Shown piece after piece: positions 25,807 to 28,406 of a stretch of 28,406 nt of DNA. The stretch is from an uncultured virus (IMG/VR IMGVR_UViG_3300010051_000002). Taxonomy: Duplodnaviria > Heunggongvirae > Uroviricota > Caudoviricetes. The stretch lies in the IMG/VR virus record IMGVR_UViG_3300010051_000002, positions 62,001 to 90,406 of that record; one strand, 5' to 3'. Position 1 is the stretch's first letter, and every line of letters starts with the position of its first letter. The position numbers and the translations under genes are program-made. Below the pieces are notes generated by a model. That model was not told where the DNA came from and did not search any database. It saw only the letters and a program-made list of their open reading frames with translations.

Positions 25807-26307
25807 ATGGTAAACCTAGAAGTAGGCGTTACATATGGTGGCGAAGTATTTGCTGGTGATAGGGTTGATAATCAACATGTTTACTACCCTACGAAACTTA
25901 ACAAAAAAGCAGCATTGGCACTTGATAAAGGTGATATTGTTTATTGTGATCCTACCGATGCAGGTAAAGCACGTTTAGCAGATACAGGTGATCCAGGTCC
26001 ATTTTATATGGTCTATGAAGATACCCCTGCGTCAGCTCTAAGAGTACATGTATGGCATGATGAAGGTAACTGGTTACTTGGTAGTATTGTAGGTGCAGCA
26101 GACCCTAATACAAAATTAGTACCTGACGGTGGTAAACTGGTAGCACAGGGTGCTGATGTAACCACAGGTGTATACGGTGTTTTAATGGGTATACCCGATC
26201 AAGAAGCAGAGTTAACTGCTGGAAACGTTTTACAGGAAGGATTAACTACGGATGGTTTGGGGGTTGTAAAAGTACATAATATTGAGAGGCTTCCAGTAGC
26301 TCCATAG
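25807..26307 (+). CDS. Putative capsid decoration/cement protein
   Basis: Gly/Asp/Val-rich beta protein between scaffold and MCP; AAGGAGG SD. Confidence 0.6.
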   Translation: MVNLEVGVTYGGEVFAGDRVDNQHVYYPTKLNKKAALALDKGDIVYCDPTDAGKARLADTGDPGPFYMVYEDTPASALRVHVWHDEGNWLLGSIVGAADPNTKLVPDGGKLVAQGADVTTGVYGVLMGIPDQEAELTAGNVLQEGLTTDGLGVVKVHNIERLPVAP

Positions 26308-26336
26308 ATATAAACAAGGAGGATTGAAATAAGAAT

Positions 26337-27599
26337 ATGAGTAGTTTAAGTTTAGTACAACCAGAAAACTTTGAAGATGAAATTCGAGTAATTTCTGATA
26401 GAGTTAGCGTTATGGATTTGAAGAAATATGAAAATCCAGATTCAGTTGTATGGTTGGTACCAAAGAAAGGACAGATTGTAAAAGGAACAACTTATGATGG
26501 TGTTATTGGTAGACCAAGCGAAGCACAAAGTGATATAATCCTTAATCTAAAACCACACTTCCAAGCAAAGAAGGCATATTTAGAAGGACAACGATCATGG
26601 GATTCTTATGTAACTGAAGGGTGGCATCAGGAATACAAGGATGCAGCATATCAACTATATTCATTCATAGATCAGGGTCAACATATCAACCAAAATACTT
26701 TGGAAGCAGCAGCAGCAGTAATTAGACCAGAACATTTTGCTCCTTTAATCAGTACAGCAATCAATGAGGTTATTGTTGCAATCGATAATGAAGAGCATAA
26801 TCTATTGCAGACAGTGCAGAATGTCGAAATGGACAAGCTCAATGCTCGTTTCATTTTGGACATTAAAGATAACGGTCACAAAATGGTTTCACGTAATATT
26901 GGTGAGGAAGGTTTACCTTCTCAGATTGGACCGTACCCATTCAGTGCAAAATCCATTGATCTACAACTCAACGGTACAAAAATTACATTTGCTGGAACAT
27001 TCCAAATTACAGCAATGGATTTCGATGTATTGAGTCCATTTCAAAATATCACTGAAGGTGCATTAACAAGAGATAAACAATACATGGTTGCAGAATTTTT
27101 GAATGATTCAACCATTGCTGAAACTTCATTAACTGATGATTGGGATGCAATAGATACCAATGGCAGACCAACAGTAAGGGCATACCGTTCCTTAAGTCCA
27201 TTGTTTAAACTTGTTTCTGATGCAAAGAAAGGACAGGCACAATGGATTGCTTCTAATTTGGACATCTATGAATCCTTTGTTGAAAACAGTGGATTGTTAG
27301 GCACAACCGTAACAGCTCCATATGATAACACTGGTGTAGCAGAAGAACCAAAAGCAAACTTCATTGATGCAAATCCACCTAGAATGAGAGGAAGAAAATG
27401 GGTAGTTGATGATCTTATTGATACAGATACCCTAGTAACATACAACAGCAGGGCAATTTACTTTGCACAAGGACCAAGAAGATCTAGTACAATGAATGAT
27501 CCAGTAACAGGAAACTTTGGTAATATCAATTTGGAGTATTACAAGGCTCACCTTGTATACCCTGAATTGATAAAAAGAATGACATCCATTCTTACCTAA
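26337..27599 (+). CDS. Putative major capsid protein (HK97 fold)
   Basis: 420 aa, canonical position, strong AAGGAGG SD, E-loop-like NIGEEGLP, followed by a T-rich terminator. Confidence 0.7.
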   Translation: MSSLSLVQPENFEDEIRVISDRVSVMDLKKYENPDSVVWLVPKKGQIVKGTTYDGVIGRPSEAQSDIILNLKPHFQAKKAYLEGQRSWDSYVTEGWHQEYKDAAYQLYSFIDQGQHINQNTLEAAAAVIRPEHFAPLISTAINEVIVAIDNEEHNLLQTVQNVEMDKLNARFILDIKDNGHKMVSRNIGEEGLPSQIGPYPFSAKSIDLQLNGTKITFAGTFQITAMDFDVLSPFQNITEGALTRDKQYMVAEFLNDSTIAETSLTDDWDAIDTNGRPTVRAYRSLSPLFKLVSDAKKGQAQWIASNLDIYESFVENSGLLGTTVTAPYDNTGVAEEPKANFIDANPPRMRGRKWVVDDLIDTDTLVTYNSRAIYFAQGPRRSSTMNDPVTGNFGNINLEYYKAHLVYPELIKRMTSILT

Positions 27600-27627
27600 C
27601 AAATTTTTTATTTTATTTTACTTTTCT
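27600..27627 (+). terminator. Archaeal-type oligo-T terminator after MCP
   Basis: TTTTTTATTTTATTTTACTTTTC immediately downstream of the stop. Confidence 0.55.
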
Positions 27628-27677
27628 AAAAACAGCATATCTTTTATAATATTACTAATCAACCAAATTGATCATTA

Positions 27678-28055
27678 GTGGCAGAATTTCCCATTTTTGA
27701 AGAAATTAAAAATTTTATTTATGTTAATATTGAATATCTTCTTCTTATTATTGCTCCAATCTGTACACTTATTTTATTTTTAGCAAACAAAATTAATCAA
27801 AAAATTGAAAGTGAACAAACAGATAATGCTGAAACTAAAAAAGAAATTTTAGAAAAAATTAATAAACTGGAATTAAAAATAAACGAGTTTGAAAAAAAAT
27901 TTAATGATTTTGAATTAAATATTCGGTTAAAGGTTCAAGCCTTACAATTCAGCATACAGGGTAAGCAGATTACTAATAATACAAGAAAACGAAAAACGAA
28001 AAAAAATATGGATGATGATGAAGAAAATTATGATGGAGTTGGATTAATCAGTTGA
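27678..28055 (+). CDS. Single-TM coiled-coil membrane protein
   Basis: TM YLLLIIAPICTLILFLA, then coiled coil and a basic/acidic tail. Confidence 0.7.
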   Translation: MAEFPIFEEIKNFIYVNIEYLLLIIAPICTLILFLANKINQKIESEQTDNAETKKEILEKINKLELKINEFEKKFNDFELNIRLKVQALQFSIQGKQITNNTRKRKTKKNMDDDEENYDGVGLIS

Positions 28056-28406
28056 ACCTATTTTTAATTGTTTTTTCTCGTTACCACTACTACCTTCTTC
28101 TTCACCATTATCATCATTCTCTTCAGCATTAACTTCTGCTGTATCGGATTCACCAGTTTCCTGTTCTAATTCTTCTTGGTTTTTTTGTTTGTTTGCTTCT
28201 TCCTGTTGCTTATGCTCTTCTTCCTGTTTTTCTAAATCTTGATCTACATCAGTACTTGCACTTGCAAGTCTATTTGATCTTCTTTTACCTGCTGGTTTAT
28301 CTACAATGGTACCTGTACTTGCTACCTTTGGTAGTTCATTATCCATTAAGCCATCATTGTTTTCTTCTTCTTCTTCTTCCTTTTGTTGATTGTTCTTTTG
28401 ATTTGA
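28044..28406 (-). CDS. C-terminal acidic tail of a larger protein that starts beyond the window
   Basis: The frame stays open from 28346 to the window end (SNQKNNQQKEEEEEENNDGL-MDNE...). Confidence 0.7.
   Translation of the reverse strand, partial: SNQKNNQQKEEEEEENNDGLMDNELPKVASTGTIVDKPAGKRRSNRLASASTDVDQDLEKQEEEHKQQEEANKQKNQEELEQETGESDTAEVNAEENDDNGEEEGSSGNEKKQLKIGSTD

Larger units (their letters stand above)
1..28406. mobile_element. Fragment of a head-tailed archaeal virus or provirus, probable host Nitrososphaerota
   Basis: Protease-scaffold/decoration/MCP-like gene order; archaeal PolB1 and PriL; dense operons of small ORFs with ATGA overlaps; orphan MTases; HNH nucleases; no housekeeping genes. 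Confidence 0.88.

Noticed and set aside
321..27265. Antisense or alternate-frame shadow ORFs (321, 5103, 5843, 7105, 8259, 8405, 10226, 11125, 13343, 13655, 13848, 16968, 19041, 19459, 23138, 23968, 24919, 25105, 25420, 26678, 26764, 27041)
   Set aside because: They overlap better-supported genes and mostly have the F/S/L/I-rich composition typical of the reverse strand of A-rich coding DNA.
1..28406. amoC or other metabolic genes, integrase, reverse transcriptase/DGR, Cas or TnpB
   Set aside because: No diagnostic motifs seen in any ORF of this window.

Overview
AT-rich (under ~30% GC by eye), gene-dense fragment of a tailed (Caudoviricetes-like) archaeal virus or provirus. The host is very probably an ammonia-oxidising archaeon (Nitrososphaerota). 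Host cues, all recognised from motifs and not from a database search: a host-like PolB1, a PriL primase large subunit with an Fe-S domain, RHH and winged-helix regulators, a C2H2 micro-protein ending in HAY, and a CKGIC...CxCC Cys-rich protein. Layout: a leftward operon of small genes (1-1950); an origin-like non-coding region with inverted iterons (2107-2386); a strongly structured ~245-nt putative ncRNA (3441-3686); long operons of small Zn-finger and membrane proteins carrying three orphan DNA methyltransferases of different classes and an HNH nuclease; a cluster of surface proteins including a class III (pilin-type) signal peptide protein; a replication module (priL, polB, HNH); and the start of the head module (papain-like peptidase, protease-scaffold fusion, decoration protein, major capsid protein). 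Best leads for novelty: (i) the multi-hairpin ncRNA, whose exposed loop is antisense to the AAAAAUGAG start context of the first genes of viral operons; (ii) an identical 23-bp palindromic site present twice in inverted orientation, bracketing a 17.4-kb early/replication segment; (iii) an MT-A70 methyltransferase that needs an ATA start; (iv) PIP-box-like tails on the methyltransferases; (v) herpesvirus-like L-x-A/S-type maturation sites in the head proteins. No CRISPR array, tRNA, integrase or amo gene was seen.
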